Shown here one piece after another: positions 38,140 through 45,618 of a DNA stretch of 64,000 nt; position 1 is the stretch's first letter; each line of letters opens with the position of its first letter. Made by a program: the position numbers and the translations under genes. The stretch lies in the IMG/VR virus record IMGVR_UViG_3300045988_083295, positions 1 to 64,000 of that record. The stretch is one strand, 5' to 3'. The notes beneath the pieces were generated by a model, which saw only the letters and a list, made by a program, of their open reading frames with translations, made no database searches and had not been told where the DNA came from. This DNA comes from a virus.

Positions 38140-38240
38140 TACAAGCAATTAACACATATCACATATTGTATACACTTTGTTGTTCCCGATTTTTGCGGTG
38201 TCAAGCAATGGTGCCTGACACGACTTAAAACCATACAACT

Positions 38241-39065
38241 ATGGAAGGAATTGAAAAAGTTATCTGTTGCGACAGAGGTTCCAATGATGCATTGGCCTAC
38301 GCAGCAATGGCCAACAAGCAAGATCCGATGGCCATGATGGCCGCAATGAATGGCGGCATGAACTCTTGGAACAACAGTCCTTGGATGTACCTTATCTTCC
38401 TTGCACTCTTCGGTGGCAATGGATTCGGCTTCGGCAATAGGGGTGGACTTCAGAATGCAGAGATTCAGAATCAGATTGCTTCCCTCCGTTCACAGATGGC
38501 CGACAACCACAATGCCGACCTGATGATGTCTGCAATCAAGGGGAATAACGATGCTCTTACCACGTTGGGTGCCAACCTTAATTGCGACTTCAACCAGTTG
38601 CAGCAGGGTGTGTGCGCCATACGTTCAGCCATTGAGCAGGTGGGCGGTCAGGTAGGCTTCAGTGCAGAACGCGTGATCAATGCAGTAGAGAAGGGTGATG
38701 CCAATGTCATTCAGGCCATTCAGAACTGTTGCTGCCAGACCCAGCAGAACATCATCCGCATGGGATACGAGAATCAGCTTGGCCAGAAGGATATCGTGAA
38801 CGGTATGCAGCAAGGATTCTCCTATACAAACACGGGAATGGAACGTGGATTCTCCAATGTCGGATTCCAGATGTCACAGATGGCATGTGACCTGAAAACC
38901 AACGCCAATGCCAACACGCAGAGAATCGTTGACGTGTTGAACCAGCATTGGAACTCCGACCTGCAGCAGCGTTACAACGATGCCAGGCTTGAGCTTTCAC
39001 AGCAGAGGCAGAATGCTGCACTCATCGCTGCACTTGGCACGAAGACCACGACTGCTACCACTTAA
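38241..39065 (+). CDS. N/Q/G-rich single-pass membrane protein.
   Basis: One hydrophobic helix (WMYLIFLALFGG), followed by an N/Q-rich domain. Confidence 0.55.
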   Translation: MEGIEKVICCDRGSNDALAYAAMANKQDPMAMMAAMNGGMNSWNNSPWMYLIFLALFGGNGFGFGNRGGLQNAEIQNQIASLRSQMADNHNADLMMSAIKGNNDALTTLGANLNCDFNQLQQGVCAIRSAIEQVGGQVGFSAERVINAVEKGDANVIQAIQNCCCQTQQNIIRMGYENQLGQKDIVNGMQQGFSYTNTGMERGFSNVGFQMSQMACDLKTNANANTQRIVDVLNQHWNSDLQQRYNDARLELSQQRQNAALIAALGTKTTTATT

Positions 39066-39083
39066 TGTTGGTGCGAAGATTTG

Positions 39084-39117
39084 AATGTTGGACGCAATAT
39101 AGTTTGCGTCCAACATT
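39084..39117 (+). terminator. 14-bp hairpin after ORF 38241 (no T-run).
   Basis: AATGTTGGACGCAA tatagt TTGCGTCCAACATT. Confidence 0.45.
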
Positions 39118-39144
39118 ATATTAACAACGCTAAAGATATACATT

Positions 39145-39633
39145 ATGCTATTCAAGGATATGAAGCAAGGTTACACTGTTTACTTCCTTGACAAGGAGTC
39201 AGTGAGAGGCTATCAAGGTAAGGTCGTCAGTGTGGCCGTACCTCGATACGATGCGCCTATCTTCGGCCAGCAATCGCAGCCTAGTGGTATGGTCGTGGAC
39301 GTAACGATCGAGGCAGAAGGAGCGACAAGGACGTACACCATACCTGAATCTTCGTCCGTTGCCTATGCAGGCACGTTGGTTATCTCTACGGATAGAGATG
39401 GTGTGGTGCGTGAAGCAGAATCAATCAAGGCCGCAGCTCAGGATGCTCTATCCAAGGTTGAGCATTATCGTGATGCCGTGGACAAGTGTGATGCTCTTCT
39501 GGAAGAATGGAATCCTGCACTTGCCGAGAAGCGAGAACAAGAGAGGCGCATTGGCGGCATAGAGAATGAAGTGAAGAACCTCGGCACGTTGGTGCGTGAA
39601 TTTATCAGCAACTTTAACAAGAGTCAATCATGA
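39145..39633 (+). CDS. Hypothetical protein.
   Basis: 162-aa ORF with an ATG start. Confidence 0.55.
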   Translation: MLFKDMKQGYTVYFLDKESVRGYQGKVVSVAVPRYDAPIFGQQSQPSGMVVDVTIEAEGATRTYTIPESSSVAYAGTLVISTDRDGVVREAESIKAAAQDALSKVEHYRDAVDKCDALLEEWNPALAEKREQERRIGGIENEVKNLGTLVREFISNFNKSQS

Positions 39634-39992
39634 GACAATACTATATATACAAGCCGGGCGAGCATGCCAATCGTCATGTTCGGCATTATGACCATGATGT
39701 AGCCGTGCAGATAGTTGATGATATCAGCTATACTGACAGACAAGGAATGAAGCACCAAGGTGCTCATTGGACTTCTGAAGAATGCCAGCAATATGCTTCA
39801 AGCATGGGATTGTCATTCCCTGCTGGGACTACCGAATGGGACGTGTATGTGGCGTTCAATTCATTCTACGCTGACACCAACAAGGTTCTGAGCGATACGG
39901 ATATCATCCGCGCAGCTCATTCGTTTTACTTTGCTGACGAGGATGCTCCAGATATGAAGCTGCAACATTACATGCTTGCCATGCACGATTAG
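39630..39992 (+). CDS. Hypothetical protein.
   Basis: ATGA overlap with the previous ORF. 120 aa. Confidence 0.55.
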   Translation: MRQYYIYKPGEHANRHVRHYDHDVAVQIVDDISYTDRQGMKHQGAHWTSEECQQYASSMGLSFPAGTTEWDVYVAFNSFYADTNKVLSDTDIIRAAHSFYFADEDAPDMKLQHYMLAMHD

Positions 39993-40031
39993 AATTATAA
40001 ACTCAAGTTTTCTGATTTAGAATACGTGCAT

Positions 40032-40063
40032 AAAAAAACTCCCAACACTGTTGTGTCGGGAGT
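40032..40063 (-). terminator. Rho-independent terminator of the hicAB operon (minus strand).
   Basis: On the minus strand: ACTCCCGACAC aaca GTGTTGGGAGT followed by TTTTTTT. Confidence 0.7.
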
Positions 40064-40107
40064 CTAAGCCCATGATGGGGCTTGGCGTTAAATAATAGTA
40101 CTAGGTG

Positions 40108-40527
40108 CTATCTTATAATGGATAGATATTCACCAATATGGCGAATACCTTCTAATATTCGAATATGTTGTTTCTCTCTTGGCTTTTTCAATCCAGTTGC
40201 GTAGTGGTTGAGCAAAGCCGGATTGATACCAGTTACCCTAGATATAGCTATCAGGGTTGTATATTTCTCAGCCTTGCGAATCAGAGCGGCAGTGCTTAAT
40301 GTTTCAACGAAAGCATAATCACCATCCACCAACCATTTAGGCAAGTGTTCGCCATCTTCCAATAATCCTTCCACATGAGAGGATATGGCCTCACGTAGAT
40401 TAGAGATAAGCTCTTCATAAGTCCTGCCAGTAGCAATGACCATACCGCACAAACGATCATCCTCTGTGACGGCAGAGAAGTTCTTATCACACCAATCTAT
40501 AATAATCTTGATATTCTCCATTTTCAT
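40108..40527 (-). CDS. hicB: HicB-family antitoxin with a C-terminal HTH.
   Basis: N-terminal HicB-like fold pattern (FSAVTEDDRLCGMVIATGRTYEELISNLREAISSHVE) plus a C-terminal HTH. Directly downstream of hicA. Confidence 0.7.
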   Translation of the reverse strand: MKMENIKIIIDWCDKNFSAVTEDDRLCGMVIATGRTYEELISNLREAISSHVEGLLEDGEHLPKWLVDGDYAFVETLSTAALIRKAEKYTTLIAISRVTGINPALLNHYATGLKKPREKQHIRILEGIRHIGEYLSIIR

Positions 40528-40569
40528 TAAGGGTTAAAGATATGGGCGCAAACACACCCATATCTTAGT

Positions 40570-40770
40570 TTACTTGTTCCAACCAGCTTGTTTCCAAATG
40601 CTGTGGGTTAGTTCTTCTCCCAAGGTATCGCTTAATTTGCCGTTAACGGTTACGCGACCCTTCTTCGTCTCATGCTTGAACTGACGATGTGATGTCCCTG
40701 TTCTTTTGCATAGATACCAGCCATCGTCTAACAACAGCTTGATAATTTCTTTTACCTTGTATTTTCTCAC
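40570..40770 (-). CDS. hicA: HicA-family mRNA interferase toxin.
   Basis: 66 aa. GTSHRQFKH...GRVTV...LSDTLGEELTHSIWKQAG matches the HicA/YcfA pattern. Confidence 0.8.
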   Translation of the reverse strand: MRKYKVKEIIKLLLDDGWYLCKRTGTSHRQFKHETKKGRVTVNGKLSDTLGEELTHSIWKQAGWNK

Positions 40771-40795
40771 ATAGCGAAACTATTATTTAACGCTG

Positions 40796-40803
40796 CAAAG
40801 GTA
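40796..40803 (-). promoter_or_regulatory. -7 box TACCTTTG for hicAB (minus strand).
   Basis: TAnnTTTG match with a CTTG -33-like element 20 nt upstream (plus-strand coordinates 40824-40827). Confidence 0.5.
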
Positions 40804-40919
40804 AGTATTTATTTACTTCCAACCAAGAAAATATTCATAAAAGTATTGAAATATTTACCATATAAGATAATGGACGTAATAAGGGTGCTTGAATCCTTGC
40901 GGACGTTGTTTTAAATTCG

Positions 40920-40927
40920 TATCTTTG
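40920..40927 (+). promoter_or_regulatory. -7 box TATCTTTG (plus strand), divergent from the hicAB promoter.
   Basis: TAnnTTTG with CTTG at 40896-40899 (20-nt spacing). Shares CTTTGCAGCGTT with the hicAB promoter in inverted orientation. Confidence 0.5.
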
Positions 40928-40933
40928 CAGCGT

Positions 40934-41033
40934 TTGTTGGTTCGGCATTCTCATCACGTTGAACAACATATTCTTCGTTTCCTTCCGCGTAAGCAGAGGG
41001 GGAATCCCACGCCTTGTCAGCGTGGGGTTTTTT
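40934..41033 (+). ncRNA. Candidate sRNA of about 100 nt (promoter plus terminator, no ORF).
   Basis: Bounded by the 40920 promoter box and the terminator CCCACGC cttgtca GCGTGGG GTTTTTT (41006-41033). Contains no ATG. Confidence 0.4.
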
Positions 41034-41037
41034 GTTT

Positions 41038-42246
41038 CTAATAACTACCCTCGCCAAATACATATTCTATCAGAGTCTTGTTGGCTTCATTGATCGCTGA
41101 GTAATCTTTCTTGACGTAAAGATTCGTTACCCTCATGGACTCGTCTATGTGGCACAACATGTCGTTGACTATATATATAGGTATCCTCACGTCATTGACC
41201 GAGATGGTGGCCATCGAATGGCGAGCAGAGTAAAATTGCAATCTGTCCACACCGATTTCCTCCCCAACCTTCTTCAAGCCGTAACTTAGGGCATCGTTGA
41301 AGGTTTTGGATGTTGAATAACGGTCAGCGAAGTTCAATACATTCTCTCCGTCAGACTTGCTCAAGTACTCATCCAGTATAGGCTTGATGATAGCAGGAAC
41401 GTGAACGACCATCTTTGCGCCATCACTTCTTCTGTCGCGTGTTTTCGTCCGGTAATAGGTGATGGTCTTGCCGTCATAGTCGGTGAGATTGTATAGGTCT
41501 ATGGCGTTAATGCCCATCAGACAAAACGATATAAGGAAACAGTCGCGTGCCTGGTCGAACAGACCTTTGTCTCCATGTCGGGGAAGGTTCATGATTCTTC
41601 GGATCACGTCAACTTCTACTGCACGCTTTTCGGCCACATTCTGTTTAGGCAGTTTGAAGCCCGACAAGGACTCCTTGATTCGGATCACGTTGTTGTCGTA
41701 GTCGTTGTAATAGTTCCTCGCATCGTTGAATATCTTGACAATGGCGTTGGTATATAGAGATTTAGCACGTTTCTTGTCACCGAGATATTTGACGTAGTCG
41801 TTCATACGTGAGACGGTTATTTCGTTCATGAGAATCTTTCTGCCTCCGTGGAAGCGGATAAACGAACGGACAGCCGACCGATAATTGAGTATGCCCTTCT
41901 TACTCTCATTCTCAGAGAGCCATCTGGAACAATAGTCGGTGAAGTATATGCCAGTAGACTCATCCTTCATCTTCAATCGTTCTACGATTCTATCGAATGG
42001 TATGTCGTTTAACTCCAGCATAAGCGTGTTGAGTTTCCTTCTATACTCTCTGATAAGGTCGTCGCCTCTGTCTAGAATCTGCTGGTTCTTAATCTTGAAT
42101 GAGGCAGTTAGGTCTTTCTTCATCTGCGCGATCATAGTAGTCGGCAGATAAGTGACATGCTTGCCATGTGTGTAGCGAACGTACACAGTAAAAGTACCGT
42201 CCGCTCTCATTCTGTCCTTGCGGACGAGCAATTTAAAATTGTCCAT
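41038..42246 (-). CDS. int: Tyrosine site-specific integrase (Bacteroidota phage-integrase type).
   Basis: N-terminal arm-binding-like domain, a SAM-like core-binding domain, and C-terminal ARHSMAT ... LCH ... TNLY motifs (R, H, Y). Confidence 0.85.
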   Translation of the reverse strand: MDNFKLLVRKDRMRADGTFTVYVRYTHGKHVTYLPTTMIAQMKKDLTASFKIKNQQILDRGDDLIREYRRKLNTLMLELNDIPFDRIVERLKMKDESTGIYFTDYCSRWLSENESKKGILNYRSAVRSFIRFHGGRKILMNEITVSRMNDYVKYLGDKKRAKSLYTNAIVKIFNDARNYYNDYDNNVIRIKESLSGFKLPKQNVAEKRAVEVDVIRRIMNLPRHGDKGLFDQARDCFLISFCLMGINAIDLYNLTDYDGKTITYYRTKTRDRRSDGAKMVVHVPAIIKPILDEYLSKSDGENVLNFADRYSTSKTFNDALSYGLKKVGEEIGVDRLQFYSARHSMATISVNDVRIPIYIVNDMLCHIDESMRVTNLYVKKDYSAINEANKTLIEYVFGEGSY

Positions 42247-42265
42247 AATTCTTCGTTTTGAGTGT

Positions 42266-42329
42266 TTGGAAAACTATTGGAAAAATTTGTGGCAAACCTT
42301 TGTTGGTTACTTGTGGTATATTTCGTCTA
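42266..42329 (+). repeat. Direct repeat copy 1 upstream of int (candidate arm-type site or attP component).
   Basis: TTGGAAAActAtTGGAAAAATTTGtGG ... CTTGTGGtaTaTTTcGTCTA. Related copy at 42542-42595. Confidence 0.5.
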
Positions 42330-42541
42330 CAAGTTTCCCTCATTCGTTTTTTAGCGTTACAGAAATGTATAGCTAAACGCTTGATTATCAGCTTGAGTAC
42401 CAGCTTTATCTCTGAGAATCAACCTTTATTTTTTATGTAGTTCAGCAGGGGGGGAGAACCCTAGGCTATCAGATTGCGATGCTATCGTTATCTATACATA
42501 AGCCGTTGATAATCAGCCTTGTTTGTTTGGTTTACCTGTAA

Positions 42542-42595
42542 ATTGGAAAAATAGTGGAAAAATTTGGGTTGAATGCTTGTGGATTTTTAGTCTAA
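42542..42595 (+). repeat. Direct repeat copy 2.
   Basis: TTGGAAAAaTAgTGGAAAAATTTGgG ... CTTGTGGaTTTTTaGTCTA. Confidence 0.5.
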
Positions 42596-42655
42596 CATCT
42601 ATGCCTTGTTGACGATGATTCCCATAATGGTTGCGTGTGCAAGGTTCGCGTTAGT

Positions 42656-43336
42656 TTAGAAGTCGGAATCTTCTTGAATAAAATCGGCTATTGGATCGTA
42701 TGATAAAATCAAGTACAATCGCTCAACATTGTCTTTCCCTTTTGCTCGCGTGAGTGTTATGTCACCGTACATAGTTACGCCATTTTCCTCCTCGCCTATG
42801 AATTCATAGCATTTATAGCCTAAACTGTTCTTATATCCAAATATCTGATATTTATTCTCAAGTTTATTCTTTAGATACTCTCTGCTACGCTTCATCGGTT
42901 CCGCTTCACTTACAGGCTTCCATTTCTGAAATTCCGCTCTATAAAATCTCGCAACACCATCAACCCATTGAAAATACAAAGTACCACAGTCAAATGAAAA
43001 ATCGCCCATTTCAAAATTGAACAATGTGAGATTTCCGCTATCTTCAGACAATTGATAGCCGTAACGCTCTCGTAGCGCATTCTTTGCATTTGAATAACTC
43101 TCACCAACTTTTATCCCAAGCACAGATTGGGCAAATGTCGAAACTGCAAAAGCAGTCATCATTACTGTCAACAATAGAAATCTTTTCATTTTCTCCCCTG
43201 GTTTACTACGACGTACATTGCCTATATAATTTGACAACGTAGCTCTTTCAGTACCTATAGCCTTAGCAAAAGCTGCTTTATCACCATTAAAGCGTTCATT
43301 TACAAGCATTTCAATACGGTCATTAATTGTTTCCAT
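42656..43336 (-). CDS. Chimeric ORF: truncated XRE/CI-type HTH (about 45 aa) fused in frame to a signal-peptide or TM segment and a beta-rich domain of about 175 aa.
   Basis: GDKAAFAKAIGTERATLSNYIG is an HTH. It is followed by MKRFLLLTVMMTAFAVSTFAQ. An internal ATG could also give a separate secreted protein. Confidence 0.6.
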   Translation of the reverse strand: METINDRIEMLVNERFNGDKAAFAKAIGTERATLSNYIGNVRRSKPGEKMKRFLLLTVMMTAFAVSTFAQSVLGIKVGESYSNAKNALRERYGYQLSEDSGNLTLFNFEMGDFSFDCGTLYFQWVDGVARFYRAEFQKWKPVSEAEPMKRSREYLKNKLENKYQIFGYKNSLGYKCYEFIGEEENGVTMYGDITLTRAKGKDNVERLYLILSYDPIADFIQEDSDF

Positions 43337-43416
43337 ATCTTATTTTTTAATTCGTTAATTCTATCTTTTAAATCATCTTTAGTCACCCACCTTGCGATGG
43401 GTGACTAATTGTATCA

Positions 43417-44202
43417 CTATATGCACGTTCGGATCAATCCCATTACCCGATACAGTCTGATGACATCGTACTTGGGTACGTGGAAGGAGACGTAACGTGA
43501 TTGGTTGTTCGTACTTTGACATTCGTATTCGTTGCCCCTGTCTATCAGAATTCTAATGAACAATCCGTGGTTCTTTGTATCCATCGCGTATATGTTACCG
43601 TTGAGGATATAAGTGTCTTTGGACAGCGCGCTGATGGCAACCTTGTCCCCTACCTTGAAGTCTGGGAGCATCGACTCATCTTGCACTTCCATGTACATCT
43701 GATATTCAGAGAATCCCGAAAAATAGGGTATCAATTCAACTCCTACTTGCTTCTTGTTTACTATTGACTCATACACATCTGTGTTTGTTTTTTTATAGAG
43801 GTTCATGGGGATGAGAGGCCGCACCTTGCTTCCTGCATCCTCAATCTCCATAGGTTCAATTCGCCTCTCTGCATAATTATTATGATTGACATTCGTGGCG
43901 AACATGGTTGCGCCGGGCGAATATAAGTTGCGTTGTTCCACGCTCGCCCCAACCGCAGGTATCTTCACCTGCCTCTCTTGTTGTGGACAAAGCATTTCTC
44001 CTTCGCCAGTTATTACCCAATTCATGTTTAGCTGCGGGTTAGCTGCTTCTATTTTGGATAATGTTTTCTTCGTTATATTCTGTTTTCCTTTTAGCATTCG
44101 TGCAAAATTAGCCGGATCTACACCTGCATTTTTGGCGAATGCGTTTACACTACTTTCTATCGTATAGATGTACTTAATGAGGTTATCTGCTATACTAGAC
44201 AT
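43417..44202 (-). CDS. CI-like repressor (N-terminal HTH plus C-terminal S24 LexA-like peptidase domain).
   Basis: HTH AFAKNAGVDPANFARMLKG and WVITGEGEM. S24 motif VQDESMLPDFKVGDKVAI. C-terminus aligns to lambda CI by eye. Confidence 0.8.
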   Translation of the reverse strand: MSSIADNLIKYIYTIESSVNAFAKNAGVDPANFARMLKGKQNITKKTLSKIEAANPQLNMNWVITGEGEMLCPQQERQVKIPAVGASVEQRNLYSPGATMFATNVNHNNYAERRIEPMEIEDAGSKVRPLIPMNLYKKTNTDVYESIVNKKQVGVELIPYFSGFSEYQMYMEVQDESMLPDFKVGDKVAISALSKDTYILNGNIYAMDTKNHGLFIRILIDRGNEYECQSTNNQSRYVSFHVPKYDVIRLYRVMGLIRTCI

Positions 44203-44236
44203 AACAAATCAGTTTAATATAGGTTAATAGTCAAAT

Positions 44237-44269
44237 TACACGTGTAGAAAGTTTGGTTTTACACGTGTA
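44237..44269. promoter_or_regulatory. Two perfect 10-bp palindromes TACACGTGTA (44237-44246 and 44260-44269), candidate operators.
   Basis: 23 bp centre to centre. They flank the -33 TTTG of the rightward promoter and sit just upstream of the CI start. Confidence 0.6.
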
Positions 44270-44283
44270 TTGCCATACTTTTG
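44252..44283 (+). promoter_or_regulatory. Rightward Bacteroidota promoter: TTTG (44252-44255), N20, TACTTTTG (44276-44283).
   Basis: Exact consensus elements and spacing. Same architecture as the promoter at 45957-45988. Confidence 0.6.
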
Positions 44284-44296
44284 CATCAGAAATCAA

Positions 44297-44311
44297 TCGG
44301 ACATTGTCCGA
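44297..44311. promoter_or_regulatory. 7-1-7 palindrome TCGGACAtTGTCCGA, copy 1 (operator candidate).
   Basis: Part of a 25-nt exact repeat (44289-44313 equals 45994-46018), immediately downstream of the -7 box. Confidence 0.6.
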
Positions 44312-44405
44312 AACTAACTCACCCGTTAGGTTCAGAAGTTTTCTTCAGTTCTTCGGCAACGGCCTTTACGAGTGATTCAACCGAGAGTTGTCCGCTCAAG
44401 GTTGT

Positions 44406-44431
44406 AAAAAACAAAGGTACGAAAACCTTTG
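44406..44431 (-). terminator. Minus-strand terminator after ORF 44519-44989.
   Basis: On the minus strand: CAAAGGT tttcgt ACCTTTG followed by TTTTTT. Confidence 0.6.
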
Positions 44432-44518
44432 GGAAGTTACACGTTTCACACGCTAAAAATATGGTGAAGAATCGTTTCCGAAGATACGTGACGAGTTTCT
44501 CTGTTGAGGCTAGTCACT

Positions 44519-44989
44519 TCAGTGGGAGTTATCAGAGGTCTTATTCTTCTTATCGACTCTGCTTGCCATCACCAAAAGGCATACCAGAAAGAAAAGTAGA
44601 GCAATACCTGCAATGCAACGCGCGAGAACTGGTGCGTTGTCAGCAAGAATTGCAGAACCTAGGAAGCCAGATAAAGTCGAATACACAATCAGTAGATATC
44701 GCATTTTCGCCTCTTCTGTTTGTCGTTTATCTTCTTTCTGGTGTCTTGATTGGTGCTCTGCTCGCCTTGTATATCCTCCTTCCTTGAGAAAGGATTCTGC
44801 TAGTGGTGTGGCTTCTGCGTGAAGCACATCTCTAGAAGGAAAGTCTATACTGTCGATTTTGACATAGCCGTCATTGGCAAGTATGCGAATCAGGTCGGAA
44901 TTGGCAGCAAAGGTGTCTTCCATAATCCATCTGCGGAGATATATTTCCCTTAGGGCATTGTCTTTTTGTTCAGGTGTAAATTGGTTCAT
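44519..44989 (-). CDS. Membrane-tethered winged-helix-like protein (paralogue A).
   Basis: Soluble N-terminal domain (ILANDGYVKID...FLKEGGY), a basic linker, and C-terminal hydrophobic helices. A terminator lies downstream. Confidence 0.6.
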   Translation of the reverse strand: MNQFTPEQKDNALREIYLRRWIMEDTFAANSDLIRILANDGYVKIDSIDFPSRDVLHAEATPLAESFLKEGGYTRRAEHQSRHQKEDKRQTEEAKMRYLLIVYSTLSGFLGSAILADNAPVLARCIAGIALLFFLVCLLVMASRVDKKNKTSDNSH

Positions 44990-45011
44990 TGATTAAAAAT
45001 TAGGAAGTAAC

Positions 45012-45380
45012 ATGAAGAAGAGATTATTCGTATCGGTGTTAAAGCCTTACTTCGCCAAGATCGTTCTTGAAGATGGAAGTATGCGAACGCCTACTCCATG
45101 GGAGATGGCTAAGGGGGTATGTATCATCTATTCCCAGTATCTCCTCGACTTCTGGGCTTGCGTTAAAATGTGGTGGACATGTTCCATCAAGGCTCGCTTC
45201 AGGAAAGATGGCTCCTGCGAGATGCCTTCCTCTGCTCGCGATGTCCAACTGCTTAAAAGACGTGAGAGTATGCGAATTATGCTATTGATGCAACAAGTGA
45301 CATTAGTGACACAAGCAGTGTCAGCACTGCTGCTATCGCTGTCATCGTTTGTCTTATGCATTCTATGCGTTTCCGTTTAA
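45012..45380 (+). CDS. Doubtful ORF filling the 288-nt gap in the lysogeny block.
   Basis: ATG start. The N-terminal 90 aa lie in otherwise unannotated DNA, and the 3' end is antisense to ORF 45277-45618. It would be transcribed from the 44276 promoter. Confidence 0.25.
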   Translation: MKKRLFVSVLKPYFAKIVLEDGSMRTPTPWEMAKGVCIIYSQYLLDFWACVKMWWTCSIKARFRKDGSCEMPSSARDVQLLKRRESMRIMLLMQQVTLVTQAVSALLLSLSSFVLCILCVSV

Positions 45381-45618
45381 GTTCGGTGAAGCCTCCACAA
45401 CAGAAGTGTCGGTATCCAGTGTGAGTGATTCGGATTGAGGGTTGTTGTTCAGTTCCTCCATTGGAGTAGAAGACAAATCCTTCTTCAATGAGGTAGTTCA
45501 ACTCTGGGGCTATTTCTTGAATTTGCTCACTATCGCTGATTGAGTTGTTGATGATTCGGCCAAGAATGTCATCAAGATGCTCAGCATTAAATTCGGGTTT
45601 CTTTCTCATACACTTCAT
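45277..45618 (-). CDS. Membrane-tethered winged-helix-like protein (paralogue B).
   Basis: LNYLIEEGFVFY...ITHTGYRHFCCGGF, then a basic linker and a C-terminal TM (AIAAVLTLLVSLMSLV). Confidence 0.6.
   Translation of the reverse strand: MKCMRKKPEFNAEHLDDILGRIINNSISDSEQIQEIAPELNYLIEEGFVFYSNGGTEQQPSIRITHTGYRHFCCGGFTELKRKRIECIRQTMTAIAAVLTLLVSLMSLVASIA

Noticed and set aside
44281-44787. A plus-strand 168-aa ORF starting at TTG, directly after the 44276 promoter.
   Set aside because: It is S/R-rich for most of its length. It is antisense to ORF 44519-44989, which has a paralogue and its own minus-strand terminator. I treat the plus-strand transcript as probably non-coding over this stretch, though an internal ATG (44459) version cannot be fully excluded.
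45039-45361. Minus-strand ORFs 45039-45248 and 45128-45361 in the unannotated gap of the lysogeny block.
   Set aside because: The translations are implausible (P/S/H-rich) and there is no start context. The gap is left unexplained apart from the doubtful plus-strand ORF 45012-45380.
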